Of a stretch of 34,368 bases of DNA, positions 7,264-15,026 are shown in pieces. The DNA is taken from IMG/VR virus record IMGVR_UViG_3300038312_000389, positions 1-34,368 of that record; one strand, given 5' to 3'. The notes beneath the pieces were generated by a model that was not told where the DNA came from, ran no database searches, and worked only from the letters and a program-made list of their open reading frames with translations. The position numbers and the translations under genes were made by a program. Every line of letters begins with the position of its first letter. Positions within the stretch are counted from its first letter, which is position 1. The DNA comes from a virus. Taxonomy: Duplodnaviria > Caudoviricetes.

Positions 7264-7778
7264 AAATGAGAAAGTTTGAATGTATCGGGCGCTGTGAATT
7301 TAGCGATTGTGAAAAATGTCAAGCAGTATTGGGCGATGACATGGGGGAGCCATGCGAATGTTTGAAAGGCGGGAGACTCTTTCGTTGGATAGAGGTTAAA
7401 GAATCGGAACAGCTGCCTAGATTGACTGTTAAAGCTTTGAAGGAACGCGGCATCAGATGGCCTTCATGGGCTAAAGTTGCGGTTGTCTATAGGGATGGAA
7501 GTGGTGCATTCGGATCACACTCTGGAACTCTTGTACGGAATGTTAGTAGTGGTTGCTTCAGGGGAGTATCCAAAGATACTCGATGGATGGCGATTCCAGG
7601 TTTTGTATGGGATGCTACTGACTGGCAGAACAGTGTGGTCGATAAACCCGCTGATGCCGAACAGGAACTGCCGAAATGGTGCAAGGTCCTGTCCCTGCCA
7701 GGCGTTCAGCAGCGCCGGCAAGCAAAAAGGATTCGACGACGAACGCGACCTGTGGCCGGTGTTCGCCGGACTCATTAA
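7254..7778 (+). CDS. Hypothetical Cys-rich protein, probably 3'-truncated and fused at ~7686
   Basis: Plausible protein up to ELPKWCKV; the remainder is out-of-frame read-through of methyltransferase DNA. Confidence 0.55.
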   Translation: MEMKMRKFECIGRCEFSDCEKCQAVLGDDMGEPCECLKGGRLFRWIEVKESEQLPRLTVKALKERGIRWPSWAKVAVVYRDGSGAFGSHSGTLVRNVSSGCFRGVSKDTRWMAIPGFVWDATDWQNSVVDKPADAEQELPKWCKVLSLPGVQQRRQAKRIRRRTRPVAGVRRTH

Positions 7779-8758
7779 AGAGTGCCGACCTGAATACGTT
7801 TTTGGCGAACAGGTTGAAAACGCAATTAAGCACGGTTGGCTCGATCGAGTATACGCGGACTTGGAAAGAGAAAACTACGCCGTCGGGGCGGTCGTACTGG
7901 GCGCACACAGCGTCGGAGCACCGCACCGTCGCCAAAGATTGTATTGGGGGGCCGCAGTACTGGCCGACCGTGACATTGAATTGCGTGACGGGGCCGGGTT
8001 CGCAGGGGCGCGAGGGCGGAGCGAATCTACAGACGGCGGCGATACTGGCGGCATGGGGAACTCCGCGAGTCACAACGAATGGCGGGATTCCATGTCTGGA
8101 GCATACCGGGAAAGGTTCGAGGATCGAGGATCAGGCGGCAACGGCGGGATGGTTGACACCGAGGGCGTCGGAAACAACAGAAGATCAGGAGAAATTCGCA
8201 AAGAGGAACAACAGGAGTTCCACGAAATGCGGGAATCTTCAGTCGATGGCGATGGCGTTTGCAGCGTGGCCGACACCGGACTGTTCGGACCGGCGCTCAA
8301 TGAACAGCAGGCAGCAGGGGACGTCGAACACAGCGCAAATGGAGGCGTGCCCAACACCGCAAACAATGGACAAAATGGGGATTGTCAGGATGCCGGAAGA
8401 TCGTTCAGAGGCGGCCAGGATGGGAGGATGCGCAAATTTAAGGGAGAAGGTGATACTTTCGGCATGGCCGACGATATTGTCATCGGAATGCAGGCAGGGA
8501 TTTCAGGACCGGACGAGAGGGAAAAAGGGCTCGCAGGAGAGTCTTTCGACTGTGGTGTTCCAGGTTTTTCTCCCTGGGACGGATTCCGGCTCATCTATTG
8601 CCGGGACGGAAAAGTTAGAAGGATACCGGCTAAATCCTTACTTTTCGGCATGGCTGATGGGGTTTCCGAAAGCGTGGATGGAGGCGGGCTTGTCGGCATA
8701 TCGGAAACGGGCGGCTTCCCGCTCACCACGCAAAAGGAAGGCCGTGCCATGCTCCTGA
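7676..8758 (+). CDS. Overlapping-frame methyltransferase beta subunit (tandem WPTP modules plus motif IX); true start uncertain
   Basis: 360 open codons nested in the alpha gene; six W/C-x-T-P/V/I modules; C-terminal RLNPYFSAWLMGFPKAW is motif IX-like and absent from the alpha frame. Confidence 0.75.
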   Translation: MVQGPVPARRSAAPASKKDSTTNATCGRCSPDSLKSADLNTFLANRLKTQLSTVGSIEYTRTWKEKTTPSGRSYWAHTASEHRTVAKDCIGGPQYWPTVTLNCVTGPGSQGREGGANLQTAAILAAWGTPRVTTNGGIPCLEHTGKGSRIEDQAATAGWLTPRASETTEDQEKFAKRNNRSSTKCGNLQSMAMAFAAWPTPDCSDRRSMNSRQQGTSNTAQMEACPTPQTMDKMGIVRMPEDRSEAARMGGCANLREKVILSAWPTILSSECRQGFQDRTRGKKGSQESLSTVVFQVFLPGTDSGSSIAGTEKLEGYRLNPYFSAWLMGFPKAWMEAGLSAYRKRAASRSPRKRKAVPCS

Positions 8759-8856
8759 AAGGCTATGGAAACGCGATCGTACCGCAGGTAGCGGCAGAGT
8801 TTGTCATGGCGTTCGCGGAAGCTCTTGAGGATGCCAGTATTAATAAACTTAAATAA
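7688..8856 (+). pseudogene. C5-cytosine DNA methyltransferase alpha subunit lacking motifs I-III (5'-truncated)
   Basis: Motif IV SCPCQAFS, VI GEQV, VIII HRRQRLYW, X GYGNAIVPQVA. No FxGxG SAM-binding motif seen upstream in the ORF translations. Confidence 0.8.
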
Positions 8857-8884
8857 TTAATAACCAAATTATAACGGAGTCCGA

Positions 8885-9067
8885 ATGCGTAAAAAGAAAG
8901 CCAGGAACTTGACCTGTCGCGGATGTTTTTATCTCCGCGATGGGGCTTGTCAAAAATGGGGCGGCAAGTGCGCCGCCGGCGATCCCAGTTGCGGGTTTTA
9001 TATCCGGCCGGATCAGGCTCGCCGCCGCTGGCCGTATCTTGGAAACAACGAAAATGAGGTGAAATGA
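8885..9067 (+). CDS. Small Cys-rich protein
   Basis: TCRGCFYL...C...C...CGFY; GGAG RBS. Confidence 0.6.
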   Translation: MRKKKARNLTCRGCFYLRDGACQKWGGKCAAGDPSCGFYIRPDQARRRWPYLGNNENEVK

Positions 9068-9261
9068 TGGATAAGGCTGATTATACAAACCTTGAACGGC
9101 TACAAGGGTACGCCCAGGCGGGCGATGATGCCCCGCAGATGATGGCAAATTATTTGAGCGATTTCGATTTTTGTCCTTATCCAAACGGATGTGAACACCC
9201 CAATATTCCATGTTGTCGGGCATGTATTGCCAAATGGCTTAACGAAAAGGCTGAAAATTAA
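9064..9261 (+). CDS. Small Cys-rich phage protein
   Basis: FCPY...C...CCRACIAKWLNEKAE; GAGGTG RBS. Confidence 0.65.
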   Translation: MMDKADYTNLERLQGYAQAGDDAPQMMANYLSDFDFCPYPNGCEHPNIPCCRACIAKWLNEKAEN

Positions 9262-9276
9262 CAACAGTGAGGTGAA

Positions 9277-9648
9277 ATGATGGGTAAAAAGTATTTCAGT
9301 TTTCGGCATGACTATAACAAGCTCCAGCAGGAGATGTTTACTACCATTCGCGGGGCATCCGCCGCCGCGCAATACAAAGAGGGCGATGTGGTCGATATCA
9401 TCCATGCCAGCGCGACGCCGTCGAACGGCGCCGGGCGGGTGCTGTTCCGGGCGCGGGTTGAACATATCGAGGTCAAAGCCATCAAGGATATCCCGCTGGA
9501 GGTGTTGCAGGATGATGGGGTTTTTCCCGGTTTTAAAATCCGTGATCACTGGGGTTTTGTCGGGCTGTTAAACTCGCTCCGGCGTTTTTCAAAAATCCAG
9601 TCGCTGGACGAAAAAGTATGCGTTTTCGGGCTCTCCCGAATCGATTAA
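9277..9648 (+). CDS. ASCH/PUA-like domain protein
   Basis: FTTIRG...YKEGDVVDII...ARVEHIEVKAIKDIPLEVLQDDG. Confidence 0.65.
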   Translation: MMGKKYFSFRHDYNKLQQEMFTTIRGASAAAQYKEGDVVDIIHASATPSNGAGRVLFRARVEHIEVKAIKDIPLEVLQDDGVFPGFKIRDHWGFVGLLNSLRRFSKIQSLDEKVCVFGLSRID

Positions 9649-9672
9649 AAAAGAGGTCAAACCGGGGGCGGT

Positions 9673-10428
9673 ATGAGCAAAAAGCAAATAGGGATATTGA
9701 TCGCGCCTGATTGGGACGCGGCTTTTTTGTCCATGACGGACAAGGAGGCGGGTGCCTTGATCAAGGCAATTATCGCATGGAAAAACGGCACGGAAAACGC
9801 GGCGGAACTGCCACGCGCCGCCGCGCCGATCTTTCCACTGTTGATCGCGCAGCAGGAGCGGAACCTTGAAAAGTACAGGGATATCTGCGAAAAACGCCAG
9901 GCGGCGGCGTTGAAACGGTGGGAAAAAGATCAAAACAAGGAAAAATCCGAGCTGGACAATGCGGAAAAATCCAATAGCAACGCAAACAACCAGCAAACCA
10001 ATGCAAATGATATGCAATTGCATCCAAATGGTATGCAAATGGAACCTAATCGTAATCGTAATCGTAATCGTAATCGTAATGTATCTAAAGATACAATATT
10101 ATTATCTGATTTTGAGAAAATCAGTGTTTTTGATAAAATTAAACTGGGATTGAATGACTTTTTCCGGCGCAAGGAATCGACGCCATGGACGGATAAGGAA
10201 TTGGGGAAGCTGGCGAAAGTCGCCAAGCGCCCCGAAGCCCTGAAAGAATCCAGAGCGATTTTAGGACATTACCGGGGCGGTTATGAGTACCACTACAAAG
10301 CCATCGAAACGTTGCTCAATAACTGGACCACCGCTTGCGATCGCGCCAGCGCGGCGGGGTTCACCGGCGAAGCTGGCGAAACTGGAAGCATCGCGGGGCA
10401 CTCTCCCGATGCGGACTATGGACTTTAA
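9673..10428 (+). CDS. Phage replication initiator (DUF6291-like N-terminus)
   Basis: N-terminal helical motif, N/Q-rich linker with (NR)5, directly upstream of a DnaC-like ATPase. Confidence 0.8.
   Translation: MSKKQIGILIAPDWDAAFLSMTDKEAGALIKAIIAWKNGTENAAELPRAAAPIFPLLIAQQERNLEKYRDICEKRQAAALKRWEKDQNKEKSELDNAEKSNSNANNQQTNANDMQLHPNGMQMEPNRNRNRNRNRNVSKDTILLSDFEKISVFDKIKLGLNDFFRRKESTPWTDKELGKLAKVAKRPEALKESRAILGHYRGGYEYHYKAIETLLNNWTTACDRASAAGFTGEAGETGSIAGHSPDADYGL
10047..10080 (+). repeat. (TAATCG)5 microsatellite in the initiator linker; candidate origin region
   Basis: Five perfect hexamers plus a partial copy, followed by an AT-rich stretch (10081-10145). Confidence 0.8.
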
Positions 10429-10440
10429 AGGAGGTTTTTT

Positions 10441-11187
10441 ATGCAAGAAATACAAGAAACGCAAGAAACGCAGGAAACGAGCTATACAATCGAGTTTGTT
10501 TGTGCAAACGAGGATTGCCGGAAACCGTCCAGTATCACGCTGGAAACGACCAGCGGGGGCAAGCGGGTGGACCCCGGATGTTTTGCCGTGGTCATTTGTG
10601 AGGAGTGTGTACAAAAAGAAAAAGAAGCGTCCAAAAAACATCACATTGAGCAGAAAAAATTTCAACGCCTGGAAGCATCCGGGTTTCCGCTCGACAAGGT
10701 CGCGGCATGGAGTTTCAGCGACGGCAAGCGCAATACCGCGCTCGAGGACTGGATCAAGGAGCATCGCGACGATGCGCTATGGATTTCAGGCTTTTCGCAG
10801 ATCGGCAAGACGTTTGCCATGATCAAGGTGGCGCGGGAAGAAGTGGAGCGCGGCAAGCTGGTCCGGTGGGTCGCCGGAGGCGTTTTGATCGGTGGGTACG
10901 TGGACGCCGTCCGGGACAGTTCCGCTGCCGGTTCGGCGTATATCCGCCGATTTTTGAACTGCGACCTGCTGATCATCGACGACCTGGACGATCCGGGACA
11001 GTTCAGCTATACCGCCGGGCAGTTGATTTACAAACTCCTCGACGGTATCAAAAACGACCGGTCCAAACAGATTTGGATCACCGTTAACCTGCTCAAAGGT
11101 GAGCTCCAAAAGATGTTCAAAAGCAACAATCATGCGGTCAAGGTTGAGCAGCGGCTCAAAGACCGGTTTTGCATCTGGAAGGGGTGA
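10441..11187 (+). CDS. DnaC/IstB-like helicase-loader ATPase
   Basis: N-terminal Cys motifs, Walker A GFSQIGKT, Walker B LLIIDDL; N-terminal 9-bp CARGAAAYR x4 repeat. Confidence 0.85.
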   Translation: MQEIQETQETQETSYTIEFVCANEDCRKPSSITLETTSGGKRVDPGCFAVVICEECVQKEKEASKKHHIEQKKFQRLEASGFPLDKVAAWSFSDGKRNTALEDWIKEHRDDALWISGFSQIGKTFAMIKVAREEVERGKLVRWVAGGVLIGGYVDAVRDSSAAGSAYIRRFLNCDLLIIDDLDDPGQFSYTAGQLIYKLLDGIKNDRSKQIWITVNLLKGELQKMFKSNNHAVKVEQRLKDRFCIWKG

Positions 11188-11191
11188 CGAT

Positions 11192-11989
11192 ATGGGAACG
11201 AAGACACGGTTTGTGACGCCGGAGGAACTCAATAAATTTATCAGGGTTATCAATAATCCCCCTGAAAAGATGTTGATTTACGCGGCATTCGCGGCGGTCG
11301 TGATCGGCACCGGCGCAAGATGGACGGAAGTTGCCGACATGACCTTTGATGACCTTTTCGATCAAGACTGGACCCCCCGAAAAAAAGTAAGTCGAATGCT
11401 GGCGAAGAAGCGCAGGAAAAAAAGCAAAGGGAAGATCGTATTGGATTTCCTCGCAAACAATTGGGATGTGACTGCCAAAATGAAAGTTTCGGATGTATTC
11501 ACCCCTGCCGGGGAAATAAAGATTGACTACACCGGAAAGACGACCGAGAGCCGCCCCGGCAAAAAAAAGGAAATTGAATTCCCCTGGAGCATGTTGGGCG
11601 CTCCCATTATCGCATGGAAAGACAAGGCCATTGAAAAATATCACTTCAACCATAGCCACCGGATATTCAGTTTGCACTATGACAACCATAAACTGTCGCA
11701 TGGAAACTCTTATTTAAAAAACCGTCGTCTATTGAGACTGGCGGGTGTTGATTGGCGCCGGGTGGCGTTTCACGGTTGGCGAACAACGTTCCTCGTTATG
11801 GTTTACGAACAATGCAAACGCAACGGAATGGGGGACTTCGAAGCAGCGAATCAGGTAAAAGAAATGATCGGACATGAAAGCCTCGACACGTTGACGGAAT
11901 ACCTGAAAGAATACATCGGACAGGATTCCGGAAATATTATCATCGGCGCGTTTGAAAATGCGTTCCGCAATGCGCGCGCGGGAAAGTAG
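11192..11989 (+). CDS. Second tyrosine recombinase (catalytic domain only)
   Basis: GTGARWTEV (R), FHGWRTTF (HxxR), IGHESLDTLTEY (H...Y); ATG 11192 after GGGGTG. Confidence 0.85.
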   Translation: MGTKTRFVTPEELNKFIRVINNPPEKMLIYAAFAAVVIGTGARWTEVADMTFDDLFDQDWTPRKKVSRMLAKKRRKKSKGKIVLDFLANNWDVTAKMKVSDVFTPAGEIKIDYTGKTTESRPGKKKEIEFPWSMLGAPIIAWKDKAIEKYHFNHSHRIFSLHYDNHKLSHGNSYLKNRRLLRLAGVDWRRVAFHGWRTTFLVMVYEQCKRNGMGDFEAANQVKEMIGHESLDTLTEYLKEYIGQDSGNIIIGAFENAFRNARAGK

Positions 11990-12044
11990 AATCAAGAACA
12001 ATATATTAATACAATAAATCTAGTATCTAACAAGTGAGAGTGGC

Positions 12045-12275
12045 ATGAAACAAGACAAAACAGGGTCTAACAAAGAAATTGAAACAGCTTCGCCAATCAT
12101 GACGATAAAGGAGGTTAAAACCCTCCTGAAATGGTCTGACTGGAAAATCCGCCAAATGATCAAAGACGGGCGTATTGATTACTATCAGGACGGACGCAAG
12201 ATTTGTATTGATAGAGAATCGTTTATGGTCAAATTTATGTTCAAAAAATCTGTGGCGAAAAGGGATATGGGGTGA
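12045..12275 (+). CDS. Excisionase-like HTH protein
   Basis: IMTIKEVKTLLKWSDWKIRQMIKDGRIDYYQDGRKICIDRES. Confidence 0.8.
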   Translation: MKQDKTGSNKEIETASPIMTIKEVKTLLKWSDWKIRQMIKDGRIDYYQDGRKICIDRESFMVKFMFKKSVAKRDMG

Positions 12276-12338
12276 CAATCTCAAAACGGACTTGCGGATA
12301 GACCGTAAGCGCCCCTTTTTCGCGCAAAAAGCCAGGAA

Positions 12339-12623
12339 ATGGAAAATCATAAAATGTTGTGGAACAAAGAATCAGATAAATTAAAAAGTTTGAGAAGCTC
12401 GGCAGAATGGCAAAGATTGCGTCAAAAAGTGCTTTTCGATCAAAACGGACTTTGTCGCTTGTGCTCAAGGATGGCGACGGAGGTACATCACTTAGAGCTG
12501 GCTAATGAAAGTAATTTTTTCGTTCGGGAAAATCTTGTCGGGCTTTGCGTGAAGTGCCACAAGAAAGTACATAACGCTTATAAACTCGGAATCAAATGGG
12601 AGGATATTATATGGCGGGCGTAA
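12339..12623 (+). CDS. HNH endonuclease (packaging-associated)
   Basis: WQRLRQKVL...CRLC...EVHHL...NLVGLCVKCHKKVH. Confidence 0.92.
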   Translation: MENHKMLWNKESDKLKSLRSSAEWQRLRQKVLFDQNGLCRLCSRMATEVHHLELANESNFFVRENLVGLCVKCHKKVHNAYKLGIKWEDIIWRA

Positions 12624-13132
12624 AAGGACGTTCAGGTGGCGGAGGGAAAAAATCTGTCGCCCAACATTTAGCGGAGGGAACTTACAGACCATCCCGGCAC
12701 GGGAAGTTAACCAATCCGCCGGGCGGGTGTACGCCTATGCGGAAATCAGGTAATGAATCAGCCAGGCGGGATGTTTTTGCCCTCGCATTAAACGCACAAG
12801 AACAAGCTTTGGCGGATGCGATATCCCGCGTGTTTGGGGGGTATCCTCCAAACATGGATATTCGCCTGTCGCTCATGGTCCAAAACCTGAACCTGTACGC
12901 AGAGGCACACGCGGAAGTGTTGGAACATGGTCAATTTTCGGTCAACTCAAAAACCGGCGCCAGGATGGTGTCCGCCGCTGCCAAGGCGCGTGACATGCAC
13001 CTGAACCAGTTAAAAAGCGATTTCGCCGCGTTCGGTATGTCAGTCAGTGAAATGCTGGTGATGAAAACGCTGGCGGAACAAGCCCGGTCAAGTATTAATA
13101 AACCGTCACCGGGAAAGGCGTTGAAATCATGA
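12611..13132 (+). CDS. terS: Terminase small subunit (P27-like)
   Basis: MAGVKGRSGG...HLAEGTYRPSRHG; GGAGGA RBS; overlaps the TerL start. Confidence 0.85.
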   Translation: MAGVKGRSGGGGKKSVAQHLAEGTYRPSRHGKLTNPPGGCTPMRKSGNESARRDVFALALNAQEQALADAISRVFGGYPPNMDIRLSLMVQNLNLYAEAHAEVLEHGQFSVNSKTGARMVSAAAKARDMHLNQLKSDFAAFGMSVSEMLVMKTLAEQARSSINKPSPGKALKS

Positions 13133-14784
13133 AGCGTAAACGGCGTTATAAATTCTGGAAGAAAACACTTGCCGGATTCGATTTCTGGCGCGATCCTGGC
13201 GACGCCAAATTTTACCCGGACCTTGCGGAATGGGCTTGCGATTTTTTCCCGGAAAACCTCTGTTTCACGACCGGGGAATTTGCGGGTAAACCGTTCATTC
13301 TTGAGGAGTGGCAACAGCAAATCATAGGTCATTTATTTGGCTGGCTTCGTCCGGACGGCTCCCGGCGTTTCCGCTATCTGTTCCTCTACATTCCGCGCAA
13401 AAACGGCAAAACGGAACTCGCGGCTGGACTGGGCGTGTTATTCTTCGTTGCAGACGGTGAACCTGCGGCGGAAGTTTATTGCGGAGCCAAGACGAAAGGG
13501 CAGGCGAATATCTTTTTTTCCAAGGCGAAACGGATGGTCAAGTTCAACCCAGTGTTGAATGACCGCGTGAAACCTCCCAAGGGGCGGTATTCCTGGACGC
13601 TGTACGATGAAGAAACTGAATCAACGATGCAGATTCTCGCTTCGGACGAAGCATCGGCGCAGGGGTTCAACGCTCATGCGGGGGTTATCGACGAGCTTCA
13701 CACGCTGGCCGATGGCGGCTTTCCGGGGGCTTTGCGCGAATCGATGGGGGCGCGGCGCCAACCGCTTCTGGCGGAGCTGACGACGGCTGCGGATGTGGAC
13801 AACGAGTATTGCAATGAACAGCTTGCCTATGCGGAGCAGGTTCGGGACGGCGTTATCTCCGATTCCACCTGTATGCCGATCGTGTTCCGCGCCTTGGACA
13901 AAGATGATGTGTCCGACCCCGCCACCTGGTACAAGTGCAACCCGAATCTCGGCGTATCGATCAAGGAATCATTCATCCGTGACCAATACAATAAATTGAG
14001 CCGTACCACCAGCGGAATCATCCGGTTCAAAAAATATTTTTTGAACATGCAGACGGCCAATAACAAGTCATGGCTTGATGTTGATTTTTGGGATCATTGC
14101 CGTGTTCAACAAAGCTCAATCGACCTTGCCGGGGCGCATTGCTTCGGTGCCATCGACCGCTCGGCGGTGAACGATATTTCCGCGTTGGCGCTGTACTTTC
14201 CCGATTATGCGTCATTTCTATTTGACTTCATTGTTCCGCGTGAAACAGCGGAATCAAACGCGGCGTATGAGCAATGGGCCAAGGCGGGGTATATCCGGAT
14301 TTCGGAATTTTCAGCGATCCGCGACGATGAATTGTTCGAAATGGTCGCGGACGCCAAGGCGAAATACGATATTCGCGGCATCGGATATGACCCCTGGCGG
14401 ATGTCCTCGCTGGCGGATTGGCTGTCAAAGCCATTCGGCGTTGCGGATAGCGAGGAAAACTTACGTGAATTCGGGCTCGGTATCCCGGTGGCGGCAATTA
14501 AACAGGATTTCCGAACGCTGTCCGGGCCGGTGAATGATGTCGAAATTGCGATCCGGAACCGTACCGTCCGCCACTTCGGCAACCCGGTCATGCGCTGGAT
14601 GATGCAAAATTCCCGCGTCACCAAGGATCACAAGGAAAACATCAAAATCGTCAAGGAAAACCCGAATTCGCCCAAGAAAATCGACGGTGTTGTCACCATG
14701 ATCATGGCTCACAAAACCGCCACCGACGTAAGCTTGTTTACCAAAGATAAAGATTATTCAAACATGGAGATCAGATTACTATGA
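13129..14784 (+). CDS. terL: Terminase large subunit
   Basis: LEEWQ, Walker A PRKNGKT, Walker B VIDELH, YDPW, KKIDGVV. Confidence 0.97.
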   Translation: MKRKRRYKFWKKTLAGFDFWRDPGDAKFYPDLAEWACDFFPENLCFTTGEFAGKPFILEEWQQQIIGHLFGWLRPDGSRRFRYLFLYIPRKNGKTELAAGLGVLFFVADGEPAAEVYCGAKTKGQANIFFSKAKRMVKFNPVLNDRVKPPKGRYSWTLYDEETESTMQILASDEASAQGFNAHAGVIDELHTLADGGFPGALRESMGARRQPLLAELTTAADVDNEYCNEQLAYAEQVRDGVISDSTCMPIVFRALDKDDVSDPATWYKCNPNLGVSIKESFIRDQYNKLSRTTSGIIRFKKYFLNMQTANNKSWLDVDFWDHCRVQQSSIDLAGAHCFGAIDRSAVNDISALALYFPDYASFLFDFIVPRETAESNAAYEQWAKAGYIRISEFSAIRDDELFEMVADAKAKYDIRGIGYDPWRMSSLADWLSKPFGVADSEENLREFGLGIPVAAIKQDFRTLSGPVNDVEIAIRNRTVRHFGNPVMRWMMQNSRVTKDHKENIKIVKENPNSPKKIDGVVTMIMAHKTATDVSLFTKDKDYSNMEIRLL

Positions 14785-14900
14785 AATGCCCGAAATGTTC
14801 CGCGAAAATGAATGTGTACTGCATCCGCGCCGGTCGCCCGACAGTCCGTTATCGGAAGTGCAAAAAGTGCGGTTACACCGAGAAAACCGTCGAATCATAA
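14781..14900 (+). CDS. 39-aa zinc-ribbon protein resembling the NrdR N-terminal DNA-binding domain (not in the ORF track)
   Basis: MKCPKCSAKMNVYCIRAGRPTVRYRKCKKCGYTEKTVES*; ATGA overlap with the terL stop; GGAG upstream. Confidence 0.8.
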   Translation: MKCPKCSAKMNVYCIRAGRPTVRYRKCKKCGYTEKTVES

Positions 14901-14919
14901 CCCGATAAAACCAGTGAAA

Positions 14920-14955
14920 TACTATATATAGTACCGCCTTGTACTATATATAGTA
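14920..14955. promoter_or_regulatory. Two identical 14-bp palindromes TACTATATATAGTA, 22 bp apart (NrdR-box-like)
   Basis: Copies at 14920-14933 and 14942-14955; core CTATATATAG fits the NrdR-box core CwAtATaTwG. Confidence 0.75.
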
Positions 14956-14974
14956 TCGATGCGTTTTTACCCTA

Positions 14975-15021
14975 TTGCTCATCTCCGCTTTTCGGCTATA
15001 ATAAACCTGAAAAGCGGAGAT
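14975..15021 (+). promoter_or_regulatory. Putative late promoter with a 13-bp inverted repeat enclosing the -10 box
   Basis: TTGCTC (14975-14980), 16-bp spacer, TATAAT (14997-15002); ATCTCCGCTTTTC (14981-14993) pairs with GAAAAGCGGAGAT (15009-15021). Confidence 0.6.
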
Positions 15022-15026
15022 TATGG

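Noticed and set aside
7477-7687. N-terminal 70 aa of the 459-aa ORF as a real methyltransferase N-terminus
   Set aside because: No motif I-III; it is the alternate frame of the 7254 gene upstream of the probable junction.
11099-11191. Longer start for the second recombinase
   Set aside because: It overlaps the DnaC-like gene by ~90 bp; ATG 11192 has an RBS and follows the upstream stop.
14920-14955. LexA/SOS boxes
   Set aside because: They lack the CTG-N10-CAG ends of the E. coli-type box; the core fits the NrdR box better. The host's LexA motif is unknown.
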